NCBI GenBank assembly: GCA_963816145.1
Contig: CAWFJP010000014.1
Span: 160,001-224,000, forward strand
DNA length: 64,000 nt
Source: an uncultured delta proteobacterium
Lineage (GTDB): Bacteria; Desulfobacterota; Binatia; UBA9968
Direction: 5' to 3'
Under the pieces are notes generated by a model that searched no databases, was not told the origin of the DNA, and was given only the letters and a program-made list of their open reading frames with translations. Made by a program: the position numbers and the translations under genes. Position 1 is the stretch's first letter; each line of letters opens with the position of its first letter. This document shows positions 1 through 10,262 of this stretch, in pieces.

Positions 1-1739
1 CTTTGGCGGTGGAGAGTCTCACGCAAAAATCGGATGACAGCGCGGCGGCACGTGCCAACGCCGAAAAGACGCTGAGGGAGGAATTGCGCAGGGAGAAGGA
101 GTTACGCCAAGCCAGGGAGTCAGGCAACAAAGAATTGGAAGCCCGCTACACCGGCGAACTGAAAAACTTGCAGCACCAGCTCACCGAACGAGACGGTCTG
201 CTGCAGACCCGCGGCGCCGAAATCGAAGCGCTCCAAACCCAACTCGCTTCGTTAGCGGAACAACTCAGCAAGGTCGGTTCAGCGAAAGAGCGCGCTGCCA
301 ACCTGCTCCAAGAAAAGCTGCGTAAAGAGAAGGCATTTCTGAGCGCCGGCGACTCGGCCTTGCGTGAATTGGAAGGCAACTTCAGCGCCAAGATCAGCGC
401 TCTCGAGCAGCAATTAGCCGAACGCGAAAAGCTCGTCGGCAGCCGCGACGCGGAGGTCGGCGCCCTGCGAGCGGAGTTGATCGCGGCGCAACAGCAGGCC
501 AGCGAGTGGTCTACAGCCAAACAGCAGGCTGAGAAAATGCTCGAAGAGGCCTTCAAAGAAAAAGCCGCGCTGCTCAGCACCAAGGATAGCGCGGTGCAAA
601 AGCTGCAAGCCGAGATACTGGCAAAACAACATGCGCTGGAAGGCCAGCTCGGGGAGAAAGAAAAGAGCCTCAAAGATCGTGAGGTCGAACTCCAAGCCGT
701 GAAGCGGCAACTGGCCGAGTTGGATGCGGCCAACGATCAGACGGTACGCTTGTTCCAAGCTGACGCCAAAGAAAAGGAAGATCTCTTGCGCGCCCGCGAG
801 GCGGCGCTCAAAGAGCTGGAAAAACGCAGCGAGGATCGTCTGCGTGCGCTCGAAGCGCAATTGGCCGAGAAGCAGGGGCTGGCGGACGCCCGTCACGGCG
901 AAGTCGAAACGCTGCGTTCCAAGCTTAAGGATCTAACCGGTCAGATCGACCTTTTGAGCAATACCAAAGAGGAGTCGGTGCGCGCTCTTGATCGAGAATT
1001 GCGCCAGCGCAACGAAGTACTCCAGGCGAAGGAAGCTGCGCTCGCCAAGCTTGAAATCCACTTCAAAGGCCAGGTGCAGACCCTCGAAGCCAAACTCAGT
1101 GAGCAGCAGAATTTAATGGCGACCCGGGAAGGCGAAGTCGACGCGCTCATGAACAAAGTGCGTGAGATATCGGAAAAGTACAGTTCGCTGGCTTCGGAAA
1201 AAGAACGCAACGACCGGGCGTTACAAGAGGAGCTCAGAGAGAAGACGGCGCTATTGGCGGCCAAGGAATCCTCCGCCGGCGACGTCGAGGAGCGGTTGAG
1301 CGGCAAACTTGAATTCCTGGAACGGCAGATTGCGGAAAAACAAAAACTGCTCGAAAGCGGCGGTACGGAGATGGCTGCCATGAGAGAGCAGATCGCGACG
1401 CTGCAGGAGAAACTCCAGGAAACCGAGGCGGCGAAGGTTCACACCGAACGGTTGCTCGAAGAAGCGCGTGCCAATGGGCCGCATCTGCCAGTGGTGATTC
1501 CGTCCGACGACGACGACGATGGTGTGGCAAGTGGCGACACCAACGGCTTGGATACCCTGCTCAACGAACGCGAAGAACTGCTGAAGGCGCGTGACAACCT
1601 GATTCAGAATCTCATGACGGAATTGAAGGAAAAGAAGACCCAGCTAGCGCGCCATGAAATCGAAGTCTGGCAAGGCATCGAGCGGCGCGGCGTGTGGAAA
1701 CACAGATTGTCCAAGGTCGGTATTCGATTGAAAGATTAG
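1..1739 (+). CDS. Large coiled-coil protein with ~78-aa tandem repeats (5' end outside window)
   Basis: Frame is open from the window edge. E/K/L/Q/A-rich heptads with a recurring LExQLAEKxxL...RxxEV motif every 78 aa. Confidence 0.85.
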   Translation, partial: LAVESLTQKSDDSAAARANAEKTLREELRREKELRQARESGNKELEARYTGELKNLQHQLTERDGLLQTRGAEIEALQTQLASLAEQLSKVGSAKERAANLLQEKLRKEKAFLSAGDSALRELEGNFSAKISALEQQLAEREKLVGSRDAEVGALRAELIAAQQQASEWSTAKQQAEKMLEEAFKEKAALLSTKDSAVQKLQAEILAKQHALEGQLGEKEKSLKDREVELQAVKRQLAELDAANDQTVRLFQADAKEKEDLLRAREAALKELEKRSEDRLRALEAQLAEKQGLADARHGEVETLRSKLKDLTGQIDLLSNTKEESVRALDRELRQRNEVLQAKEAALAKLEIHFKGQVQTLEAKLSEQQNLMATREGEVDALMNKVREISEKYSSLASEKERNDRALQEELREKTALLAAKESSAGDVEERLSGKLEFLERQIAEKQKLLESGGTEMAAMREQIATLQEKLQETEAAKVHTERLLEEARANGPHLPVVIPSDDDDDGVASGDTNGLDTLLNEREELLKARDNLIQNLMTELKEKKTQLARHEIEVWQGIERRGVWKHRLSKVGIRLKD

Positions 1740-1807
1740 CCAACGTTTTAAGTCATTCAGCTCAAGACTATAGTCGCTTGTAGTTCGCACTCAAATTTCG
1801 CTACCCA

Positions 1808-2422
1808 CTACTTCATTAAATAGCTCGCCGATTGGGGGATGCGCAGGATACTTGCGCCTTCGGTGTCTTCAACATAACGGATGAAGCGGTATTTGTTTTC
1901 CAGCTCGTCATACTTGAGCGGCGGCACCTCGGCGCGGCCGGCTTCGATGTTGGCGGCGATGAAATGCGGGCCGTCGCTTTCCAGGGCATGGCTCACTGCG
2001 TCTATGAGTTCTTCGACGGTAGTTACGGCGCGCGCGCTTTCGATGCCGGCGCTGCGGGCGATGCCGGCGAAGTCGATATTGCCGGCGGTGGCCACCGTCG
2101 GTTCGCCGCCGGACGATTCGTATTGTTTGTTATCCCAACAGATGTGAATCAGGTTTTTCGGCCGATGCAGCCCGATGGTGGCGAGCGAGCCCAAGTTCAT
2201 CCACAAGGCGCCGTCGCCGTCGAAGACGAATACTTTGCGTTTGGGCAAACCGAGGGCGAGCCCCAGGCCGATGGAAGAGCACAGCCCCAGGGTTTTGACT
2301 TGGATGTTGCCATCGCTCGGGCGCACGGCGTTCCACTCGTTGGTGGCGCCGCCAGCGGTGGTGACGAACAGTTCGTCTTTGATTAGCGGAGCGATCGCTT
2401 GCAGGCATTCAAAGCGTTTCAT
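1808..2422 (-). CDS. TPP-dependent decarboxylase beta subunit, sulfopyruvate/phosphonopyruvate decarboxylase (ComE)-like
   Basis: TPP-binding motif DGDGALWMN...WDN and YESSGG. Adjacent to the alpha subunit. Start taken at ATG 2422. Confidence 0.85.
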   Translation of the reverse strand: MKRFECLQAIAPLIKDELFVTTAGGATNEWNAVRPSDGNIQVKTLGLCSSIGLGLALGLPKRKVFVFDGDGALWMNLGSLATIGLHRPKNLIHICWDNKQYESSGGEPTVATAGNIDFAGIARSAGIESARAVTTVEELIDAVSHALESDGPHFIAANIEAGRAEVPPLKYDELENKYRFIRYVEDTEGASILRIPQSASYLMK

Positions 2423-2434
2423 AGCGGCTATCAC

Positions 2435-2929
2435 TTATAGTACGGCGCGTGTCAACAGCAGCGCCACCGGTCGTTTGGAGGCATTCGCCAACGTCACCGC
2501 GCCGGCGATTTCCTGCTTCACTTTGGCCGGGTCGCGCATGACGACATACTTGATGCCCAATCCCTGAAGCACGGGCTCGGTGACCAAGCCAACCATGTGG
2601 AATGCGTTGTCGCCGAGGTCGCCGGCATAGTAGATCAAGAGCAACACCGGGATGCCGAATTGCAGCGCCGTGGTGGTAAGTCCGTTGGCGCTGTTGAGCA
2701 AGCCGCCGTTCTGCATCAGCATCGCCGGGGTCTTGCCGGCGAGATGGGCGCCGGTACAAACTCCGATGCCTTCTTCCTCGCGTCCCACTGGCACATGGGC
2801 GATGTCCTTGTCTTGGTAGAGCAAGTTAAGCAGTTGGAGCATGTTAATGTCCGGCACGCTGGCGATCAAGTCGATGCCGGCGCCCTTGAGACCGGCTAGG
2901 ATATTCTGCGCTCCGGCGATGGTTCCCAT
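2435..2929 (-). CDS. TPP-dependent decarboxylase alpha subunit (ComD-like)
   Basis: SVPD, REEEGIGVCTGA and MQNGG motifs of the pyrimidine-binding domain. Confidence 0.85.
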   Translation of the reverse strand: MGTIAGAQNILAGLKGAGIDLIASVPDINMLQLLNLLYQDKDIAHVPVGREEEGIGVCTGAHLAGKTPAMLMQNGGLLNSANGLTTTALQFGIPVLLLIYYAGDLGDNAFHMVGLVTEPVLQGLGIKYVVMRDPAKVKQEIAGAVTLANASKRPVALLLTRAVL

Positions 2930-2980
2930 AGTGGTTCGACCTCTGGTTGGTTCTAGATAACCGGGCCGGTGCTGTCAAGC

Positions 2981-3010
2981 TGCGTGCGGAAAAGATGCGT
3001 GCGGAAAAGA
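2981..3010. repeat. Perfect 15-bp tandem duplication TGCGTGCGGAAAAGA x2, followed directly by TTGACA
   Basis: Read directly; lies in the divergent intergenic region between the ComD-like gene and tctC. Confidence 0.8.
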
Positions 3011-3094
3011 TTGACACTTCCCCGGCGATTCTGTTAGCAGAGGAAGCGGCTTAGAATTGTCAGCGCAAACGATTCCACGCGGAGAGGCATCAAG

Positions 3095-4057
3095 ATGAAG
3101 TTAAATTCCAAGCTTGGCGCATTGGCGTTTGTCGTTTTCTCATTCGCTGCCCCGGCGGCATGGGGGCAGTATCCGACCAAGACCGTGCAAATCATCAATC
3201 CCTTTCCGCCCGGGGCGGTGACCGATATTGTTGCGCGGATTCTCGCGCCGAAAATGTCGCTGGCGCTGGGGCAGCAAGTGGTGATCGTCAACAAGGCCGG
3301 CGGCGGCGGCGCGGTCGGCATCCAAGCGGCGAAGGATTCGGCGCCGGATGGTTACACGATCCTGGTCACACCACCGCCGATTGCGTTGATCCCGATCATC
3401 AACAAGAATTCCAGCTTTACCTTGAAAGACTTCACGCCGCTGGCGCTCGCTACCAGCAGTCCCAACACCACCGTGGTGAAGAGCGACGCGCCGTGGAAAA
3501 CTTTCGAGGAGTTTATCGCCGACGCCAAGAAAAACCCTGGCCAGCTCACCTACGGTTCCGCCGGTCCCGGGACGACACCGCATTTCATCGGCGAGTTGGT
3601 TAAACTCAAGACCGGTATCGACATGACTCATGTGCCGCTCGGTTCCGAGTCGGCGGCCGCGACCGCCGTGTTGGGCGGACATGTGAACGTCGCCTTTTTG
3701 ACCCTGGGAACGACACGCAGCCACATCGAAGCCGGCACCATGCGCGCGCTGGCGGTGGCATCCAATCGCCGTCTGAAAGATTTTCCCAATGTACCGACGA
3801 CGGTGGAGAAGGGTTATCCGGAACTCAATTTGAAAATCTGGGTGGGCTTTTTTGTCCCGGTCAAGACGCCGCCGGCTGCGGTCAAGAGATTGGCCGCGGC
3901 GATTAGCGATAGTTTGAAAGATGCGGAAGCCGGGGCGACTATCGAAAAGGCCCAAGCTTTGATCGAAAATCTCGGTCCCGCCGAGTTTGCCAAGTTCCTC
4001 GCCGACGAGGAGCGTAAGTGGACGGAAGTGGCGCGCGCCGCGAAAATTACCCAGTAG
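3095..4057 (+). CDS. tctC: Tripartite tricarboxylate transporter substrate-binding protein (Bug/TctC)
   Basis: Signal peptide, YPTK..INPFPPGAVTDIVAR, NKAGGGG and PDGYT motifs. Confidence 0.92.
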   Translation: MKLNSKLGALAFVVFSFAAPAAWGQYPTKTVQIINPFPPGAVTDIVARILAPKMSLALGQQVVIVNKAGGGGAVGIQAAKDSAPDGYTILVTPPPIALIPIINKNSSFTLKDFTPLALATSSPNTTVVKSDAPWKTFEEFIADAKKNPGQLTYGSAGPGTTPHFIGELVKLKTGIDMTHVPLGSESAAATAVLGGHVNVAFLTLGTTRSHIEAGTMRALAVASNRRLKDFPNVPTTVEKGYPELNLKIWVGFFVPVKTPPAAVKRLAAAISDSLKDAEAGATIEKAQALIENLGPAEFAKFLADEERKWTEVARAAKITQ

Positions 4058-4093
4058 CCGCGCGAACGCCGTCTTTGCGCCGTTGCGCTTGCC

Positions 4094-4549
4094 ATGAAAC
4101 GACTCGATCTCATTGCCGCGGCGGGGCTTGCTGGTTTGGCGGGTTACATCTTGTTTGAGTCGCGTAAGCTAGCCTTCGGCAGCTTGCGTGTGCCCCAGAC
4201 CGGCTTCTTCCCGAGAGCCCTGGGTATTTTGTTAGTGCTCCTCGCACTTGGTGAACTCCTCCGAGCCCTACGGCATTCCGAGGCGGTGTTTTCGATGGAA
4301 AAAATTGCCGGCGAAGGCTGGATCAGAATCGGCGCAACGCTGGCGACCATGCTTGGCTTTGCGCTTGTCTTGGAGTGGTTGGGGTTCTTGCTGGCAACCT
4401 TTTTGCTGATGGTCTTGCTGCTGCGCGCCATCGAAGCGCCGCGCTGGCCGAAAGTATTCGTTGTCGCGCTGGTAACTGCGTTGCTCTCGTATGGCCTTTT
4501 CGCCTATCTCTTGGGCGTGCCTCTGCCCGCCGGGATCTTAGGGATCTAG
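4094..4549 (+). CDS. tctB: TctB family small membrane subunit
   Basis: Four to five TM segments, GFFP motif, C-terminal LGVPLP; lies between tctC and tctA. Confidence 0.88.
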   Translation: MKRLDLIAAAGLAGLAGYILFESRKLAFGSLRVPQTGFFPRALGILLVLLALGELLRALRHSEAVFSMEKIAGEGWIRIGATLATMLGFALVLEWLGFLLATFLLMVLLLRAIEAPRWPKVFVVALVTALLSYGLFAYLLGVPLPAGILGI

Positions 4550-4550
4550 A

Positions 4551-6032
4551 GTGGAATTGCTGCATAACTTTGCCCTCGGTTTGTCGGTGGCGTTGACGCC
4601 GATGAACTTGCTGTTCTGTTTTATCGGCGCGCTGGTCGGCACCTTGGTCGGCGTGCTGCCGGGGCTCGGACCGGTGGGCGCTGTGGCGTTTCTACTGTCG
4701 ATTACCTTCAAGATGGAGCCGGCCAGCGCGATCATCATGCTCGCGGGAATCTACTACGGCGCTATGTACGGCGGGTCGACGACTTCGATTTTGGTCAACA
4801 TCCCCGGCGAAACTGCGTCTGTCGTCACCTGTCTCGACGGCTACCGCATGGCGCGGCAAGGGCGCGCCGGCGCAGCGCTGGGTATTTCCGCCTTCGGCTC
4901 GTTCATCGCCGGCACGTTCGGTGTGGTCGGCCTGATGTTTCTCGCGCCGCTGCTAGGGAGAGCCGCGCTCAGTTTCGGTCCGGCGGAATATTTCGCTCTC
5001 ACTCTCGCCGGCCTGACTTTAGTCGCCTATTTGTCCCAGGGATCGATGCTCAAAGCGCTGATCATGGCGACTCTCGGTCTGCTTGCCGGCACCGTTGGCA
5101 TGGACCCGATCTCCGGCGAGGAACGGTTCACTTACGCTACACTGACTCTGCGCGATGGCTTTGGCTTGGTGCCGGTGGCGATGGGGCTCTTCGGTATCGC
5201 CGAAGTGCTGGAAAATCTCGTCGTTATCGGCACGCAATCGGTCTATGAAACCAAGATCCAGGGACTGCTGCCGAACCGCCAAGATTGGCGCGATAGCGCG
5301 GCGCCGATCGCTCGCGGCTCAGTGGTGGGATTCTTTCTCGGCATTCTTCCCGGGCCCGGACCGGTGATTGCGTCGTTTGTTTCCTACGCCATGGAGAAAC
5401 GGCTATCGCCCACGCCGGAAAAATTCGGCACCGGCATGATCGAAGGCGTCGCCGGCCCGGAAGCGGCAAACAATGCCGCCACCGCCGGTTCGTTTATCCC
5501 GCTGCTTTCGCTGGGCATCCCCACCAGCGCGATCATGGCGCTGTTCATGGGCGCCTTGATGATCCACGGCATCCAGCCGGGGCCGCTGTTCATCGCCAAG
5601 TATCCCGAGCTGTTCTGGGGATTCATCGCCAGCATGTACGTCGGCAACGCCATGCTGCTGGTGCTCAATTTACCGCTGATTGGTATTTGGGTGCGGTTAT
5701 TGAAAACACCTTACGTGATTCTTTTTCCGCTGATCTTGTTATTCTGTCTGATCGGCGTTTACAGTCTCAATTCTAACGTTGCCGAGATCGTCATCATGCT
5801 CGCCTTCGGCGTCATCGGCTTTTTCCTGCGCCGGGTTGGTTTCGAAGGCGCGCCGTTCATTCTCGCCATGGTGCTCGGGCCGATCATGGAGACTTCGTTG
5901 CGCCAGACGTTGTTGATCTCGCGCGGCAGTTTTTACATTTTTCTGACGCGGCCGATTTGTGCGGTTTTGATAGGATTGACCGTGGCGTTTCTGATTTGGC
6001 CGACCTTCAGGCGGAAGAGCAAAAGCGATTAA
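4551..6032 (+). CDS. tctA: TctA family large membrane subunit
   Basis: GVLPGLG, YYGAMYGGS, GVAGPEAANNA and LGIP motifs. Confidence 0.95.
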   Translation: MELLHNFALGLSVALTPMNLLFCFIGALVGTLVGVLPGLGPVGAVAFLLSITFKMEPASAIIMLAGIYYGAMYGGSTTSILVNIPGETASVVTCLDGYRMARQGRAGAALGISAFGSFIAGTFGVVGLMFLAPLLGRAALSFGPAEYFALTLAGLTLVAYLSQGSMLKALIMATLGLLAGTVGMDPISGEERFTYATLTLRDGFGLVPVAMGLFGIAEVLENLVVIGTQSVYETKIQGLLPNRQDWRDSAAPIARGSVVGFFLGILPGPGPVIASFVSYAMEKRLSPTPEKFGTGMIEGVAGPEAANNAATAGSFIPLLSLGIPTSAIMALFMGALMIHGIQPGPLFIAKYPELFWGFIASMYVGNAMLLVLNLPLIGIWVRLLKTPYVILFPLILLFCLIGVYSLNSNVAEIVIMLAFGVIGFFLRRVGFEGAPFILAMVLGPIMETSLRQTLLISRGSFYIFLTRPICAVLIGLTVAFLIWPTFRRKSKSD

Positions 6033-6077
6033 CCGCAAAGGGCGTAAAATTGATAAGACGGATTTCCTGGCATCGGA

Positions 6078-7079
6078 TTATTTACCATACTGCCGGCCCA
6101 TCTCGTCGAAGAAGCCGGAACTCTCCAACTCATTGACATAGCGCGCTTCGATGAAACCATCCGGATTGGCGCCGGCGACTTGCGGGCTGGAGCGCGACAG
6201 CAGGTAGAGCATCGACTTGGCCACGCTCACCGTCGGCGTCGGTTTGTACATTAATCGTTCTTTGTACAGATTATAGATCGTGTTCAGGACCTCTTGATCC
6301 TGAGTCGCGACGTATTTTTTCAAGACGGTGACAGCGTAGTCGGGCTTGGCTTTGAAAAGATATAGACCTTCGATCCAAGCTTTAAGGAAGCGCAGTGTGG
6401 TATCGGGATTCTTGGCAACGTAGGAGCGGCGCACCAGGATGCCGGAGCCGGCGATTTCGATCGGTAGTTTGGAATAGTCGATGAGCGTGCGAAAGCCCAT
6501 TTTGTTCGCTGTCAGGGTCTGGATGCCGGCGATGATCGCGCCGTGAATTCTACCAATCTGTAAACCGCTCAAGCGGGCGCCGAGATCGCCCACCGGCAGA
6601 ATCGTGACATCTTTCTCAGCGATTCCGTTCAAGCGCAGCCCTTCGCGCAGCAAAATATCGGTGAGCGACCCTTGAGTGCTCATGCCGAGGATCTTGCCGC
6701 GCAGTTGCTCGGTGCTGGTGATGTTTTTTTGGACCACCAGCGAATGCTCCAACTGGTTCATCGGCGTGGCGATGAGCGCCGTGTCGGCGCCGCGCTGATA
6801 GGCTTCCAACGCCGGCATGCCGGAGTGATTGACGAATTGCACGCTGCCGCCGATCAGCGACATGATGCTGCGTGGGCCGCCCGAGATGTAGACGAGATTG
6901 ACGTCGAGGCCATGTTTTTCGAATAACTTAGCTTCCTTGGCCACCCAAGTTTGCCCCATGGAGCCCGAGATGGCGCCGTAGCTGACGTTGATTTTCTCCA
7001 ACGCCGCGGCCAGCGTTGGGCGGGCGAGGCTGCCGATAATCACCAGGGTGATTAGGACGGACGATAAGTGTGTCATCAT
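6078..7079 (-). CDS. ABC-type substrate-binding protein, NMT1/SsuA/TauA family
   Basis: Signal peptide, FEKHGLDVNL and LRGKILG motifs. Confidence 0.88.
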   Translation of the reverse strand: MMTHLSSVLITLVIIGSLARPTLAAALEKINVSYGAISGSMGQTWVAKEAKLFEKHGLDVNLVYISGGPRSIMSLIGGSVQFVNHSGMPALEAYQRGADTALIATPMNQLEHSLVVQKNITSTEQLRGKILGMSTQGSLTDILLREGLRLNGIAEKDVTILPVGDLGARLSGLQIGRIHGAIIAGIQTLTANKMGFRTLIDYSKLPIEIAGSGILVRRSYVAKNPDTTLRFLKAWIEGLYLFKAKPDYAVTVLKKYVATQDQEVLNTIYNLYKERLMYKPTPTVSVAKSMLYLLSRSSPQVAGANPDGFIEARYVNELESSGFFDEMGRQYGK

Positions 7080-7087
7080 AGGATCTC

Positions 7088-8329
7088 CTATTGGGCCGCG
7101 GCGCTGGGGATTCGATAACGCCGCAGCACGGGATAGCCGGCCGTGACCGCCGCTAAAATCACCAACGTCGCCAGACCGCCGGTGAGCGCTGAGGCTTCGG
7201 CGCCGAGCCAGGCGGCGACGAGACCGGATTCGAATTGTCCTAACTGCGGTCCATTGCTGGTGAAGATGCTGTTGATCGACGACATGCGGCCGCGCAATTC
7301 GTCCGGCGTGCTGAGCTGGTTGATGGTCGAGCGCAGTATCGAACTTATGGTGTCACCGGCGCCGGTCAGCGTCAACATGAGCACGGAAAACCAAAAGATC
7401 TCGGATTGCGCAAACAGCGCGGTGGAAAGACCGTAAATTCCAATGCCGATGACGATCCAGCGGCCGCCCCGTCTTACCGGTCCTAGCAAGGTCATACCGA
7501 CGGCGGCAAGCAGCGAGCCGACAGCGCGAGCGGCGTAAAGCAGCCCGAGTCCGGCCGGACCGACGAACAAAATATCGCGCGCGAAGATCGGAAACAATCC
7601 GCGCGCGTTGCCGAAGAAGGTTGCGCTGAAGTCGAGCAACATCAGCGGGAATATTACGCCGTGCGACCAGACGAAGCTCCAGCCTTGGCGCAGCGAGGCG
7701 AGCGAGACGCTTTTCCAACCGCCACCTTCGGGGATCTTGGTGCGGAGCATTCTCAGGGCCGACAGCATCGCCAGCCAGGAGCAGGCATCGACGGCATAAC
7801 AGGCGGCCGGCCCGGAAAAGGCGAGTACCAATCCGGCGATGGATGGACCGGCGATGATCGGCACATAGCGTTGCGTCCCTTGCAGCGCCAATGCTTGCGC
7901 CAAATGATGGCGCGGCACGAGATTGGGAATCATCGATTGGCGCGATGGTTGTTCGAGCGAAGTGAAGATCGCCAGTAGCATAGTCGCGCCGTAAAGCATC
8001 GCCGATGACGCCTGGCCGAAATAACTGAGCAGCGCTAAAGTGGTCGAGACGCAAAACAGGCCGGTCTGGGTGCACATCATGAGTTTGCGCCTATCCATGG
8101 CATCGGCCAGCAAGCCGCCCACCAGTAGTAAAACGATCTGTGGCAAAGCGCGGGCGAGCCCGAGCAGACCGATCTGCATCGGCGAATTGGTTAGCTCGTA
8201 GATCTGCCAGGCCATCGCCACGGTGGTAAATTGCGTGCCCATGCTGGAGAGAAACGAGCCGGTCCAGAAGACGCTAAAATCGCGGTTTCGAAAAGGTAAG
8301 AGATAATCTTTGTCGGTGGATGCGGTCAT
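7088..8329 (-). CDS. MFS transporter (EntS/MFS_3-like)
   Basis: About 12 TM segments, GGLLADAMDRRK and PDELRGR. Start taken at ATG 8329. Confidence 0.88.
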   Translation of the reverse strand: MTASTDKDYLLPFRNRDFSVFWTGSFLSSMGTQFTTVAMAWQIYELTNSPMQIGLLGLARALPQIVLLLVGGLLADAMDRRKLMMCTQTGLFCVSTTLALLSYFGQASSAMLYGATMLLAIFTSLEQPSRQSMIPNLVPRHHLAQALALQGTQRYVPIIAGPSIAGLVLAFSGPAACYAVDACSWLAMLSALRMLRTKIPEGGGWKSVSLASLRQGWSFVWSHGVIFPLMLLDFSATFFGNARGLFPIFARDILFVGPAGLGLLYAARAVGSLLAAVGMTLLGPVRRGGRWIVIGIGIYGLSTALFAQSEIFWFSVLMLTLTGAGDTISSILRSTINQLSTPDELRGRMSSINSIFTSNGPQLGQFESGLVAAWLGAEASALTGGLATLVILAAVTAGYPVLRRYRIPSAAAQ

Positions 8330-8395
8330 GGGAAAGTGTTTGTCTCCAGTATCACGAAAGCCGGTTCGAGCAAATCCAGGCAACGCTTCGATGAG

Positions 8396-9823
8396 CTAGG
8401 ATGGTGCGGTGGCGCGGATGCGGCCGCGCACCAGCGACGTGAAAATACCCGCGGCGCAAATGAGCGCGAGGATCGTCAGCGCGCTGTGCATGCCGCGCAT
8501 GAAGGCATCCGCCGGTAGTTTGGCGCCAGGGCCGCGCGAAACTGCCATGCCGCCGAGATTGGCGGACAACACGGAGGTGGCGACGGCGAGGCTGATCGCT
8601 TGACCGGTGAAACGCATTGTCGAAAGAATTGCTGCGGCGATGCCGTATTGGGTTCGGTCCACCGAGCTCATGGCCGCATTGGTGTTGGGCGAACTGAAAA
8701 AGGCGTAACCGAGGCCGAGTATCATCAGCCGTAGTGCGGTGTCCCACCACGGCGAGTTGGCGTGAAGCAAAGAGAGCGAAAAAATCGCCGCGGCGACAAC
8801 GCTCATGGCAATGGACGAAACGATGCGCGGTTCGATGCGGTCCGAAAGTCGGCCGCCCAACGGCGAAAACAACGCCATCATCACCGGTTGCGTGAGCATG
8901 ATAAGACCGGCTTGCGCCGCGCTGAAGCCCGGCACCAGTTGTAGATAGAGCGACAGAATAAAACCGACGCCGAAGACCGAGCTGTAATTTAAGAGCGAAG
9001 TGAGCACGGTGCAGGCGAATGCGGTGTTCTTAAAGAGGCTTAGGTCCAAAAGTGGCGTCGAGGCGCGCCGTTCGTAACAAACAAAAAACGCCAGGGTGGC
9101 GAGGCCGCCGACGATGAGTGAGACCGACATGGCGGAGGCCCGCCCCTCGGACAGAGTCAAGCCGAGTACGATCATGAACAGCGCCATGCCGTAGGTGATC
9201 ACGCCGACGGGATCGAGCTTTTCGGCTTTGGCGACGATTTGTTCCCGTTTGAGTTTGAATAAGGCTAACAGTATCACCACGGCGCCGATCGGCACATTGA
9301 CATAAAACACCGAGCGCCAGCCCAAATGTTGGACCAGCAATCCGCCTAGCGATGGACCGACCGAAAGACCGACATAAACCGTCGCGGTGTTGATGCCCAA
9401 GACTTTGCCGCGCTCGTTGGCTGGAAAGACGCTGGTGAGGAGCGCGATGGAATTACCCGCCATCATCGCTGCAGCGATGCCTTGCACGACCCGCATGGCG
9501 ATTAGGATTGGCAGCGATGGCGCCAGGCCGCATAGCGCAGACGCCAGTGTAAAGAGCGCCACGCCCAGAGAATAGACGCGGCCCCGGCCGCGAATATCGG
9601 CTAGCCGGCCAAACGGAATCACGCAGACCGTGAGCCCAAGCACGTAGGCCGTCGCCACCCAGCCCAACGAGACGACATCGCCGCCCAACTCTTTGCCGAT
9701 GGATGGCAACGCCAAAGTGACGACACTGCCATCGAAGGGCGTCATGAACGAACCAAAGGTGGCGACGATCAGAGCGATGCGCTTGGCCGCCGGTGTAACG
9801 ATCTCGGGAGTTTCGTCGGGCAT
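8396..9823 (-). CDS. MFS drug:H+ antiporter (DHA2, 14 TM)
   Basis: D.SVV.LALPSI, GRLADIRGR and GPSLGG motifs. Confidence 0.9.
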   Translation of the reverse strand: MPDETPEIVTPAAKRIALIVATFGSFMTPFDGSVVTLALPSIGKELGGDVVSLGWVATAYVLGLTVCVIPFGRLADIRGRGRVYSLGVALFTLASALCGLAPSLPILIAMRVVQGIAAAMMAGNSIALLTSVFPANERGKVLGINTATVYVGLSVGPSLGGLLVQHLGWRSVFYVNVPIGAVVILLALFKLKREQIVAKAEKLDPVGVITYGMALFMIVLGLTLSEGRASAMSVSLIVGGLATLAFFVCYERRASTPLLDLSLFKNTAFACTVLTSLLNYSSVFGVGFILSLYLQLVPGFSAAQAGLIMLTQPVMMALFSPLGGRLSDRIEPRIVSSIAMSVVAAAIFSLSLLHANSPWWDTALRLMILGLGYAFFSSPNTNAAMSSVDRTQYGIAAAILSTMRFTGQAISLAVATSVLSANLGGMAVSRGPGAKLPADAFMRGMHSALTILALICAAGIFTSLVRGRIRATAPS

Positions 9824-10262
9824 CCCGCAATGATAGAGGAAATTGTATTTTACTTCTAATATCGACGGAAAAATTCACGACTGTAGCGCCACGCATAGCC
9901 CCGCAGGCTGATTGATGAGACTCTTGCGGAGGTGTCGGGAATTCTGCTTGACGGCCCGGTTCGACTGGAAGTATTTTCTCCGTGCGCTGCTCTGACGCTC
10001 GGTGTGGCGCAGCGCAGCCGCGACCTAAGCAGAAAAAGCTAATCGCACCGCGAAGTCACAGAGCTCGCAGAGTCTGGAATTATCTTAATCATAAACCTGT
10101 GACTCCCCGTCCTCGGTGCCACTGCGGTGAGTCATTCGAAGGTCTGCGCAGATCGAGCAATTTTCGACGGATCGCAATGCAAAGAACGAAACATGGAATC
10201 GGAACTTGAAGAGTTAGGTTCGGAACTCGCCCTCTCGGATTGAGAACGGAACGGAGAACAGG

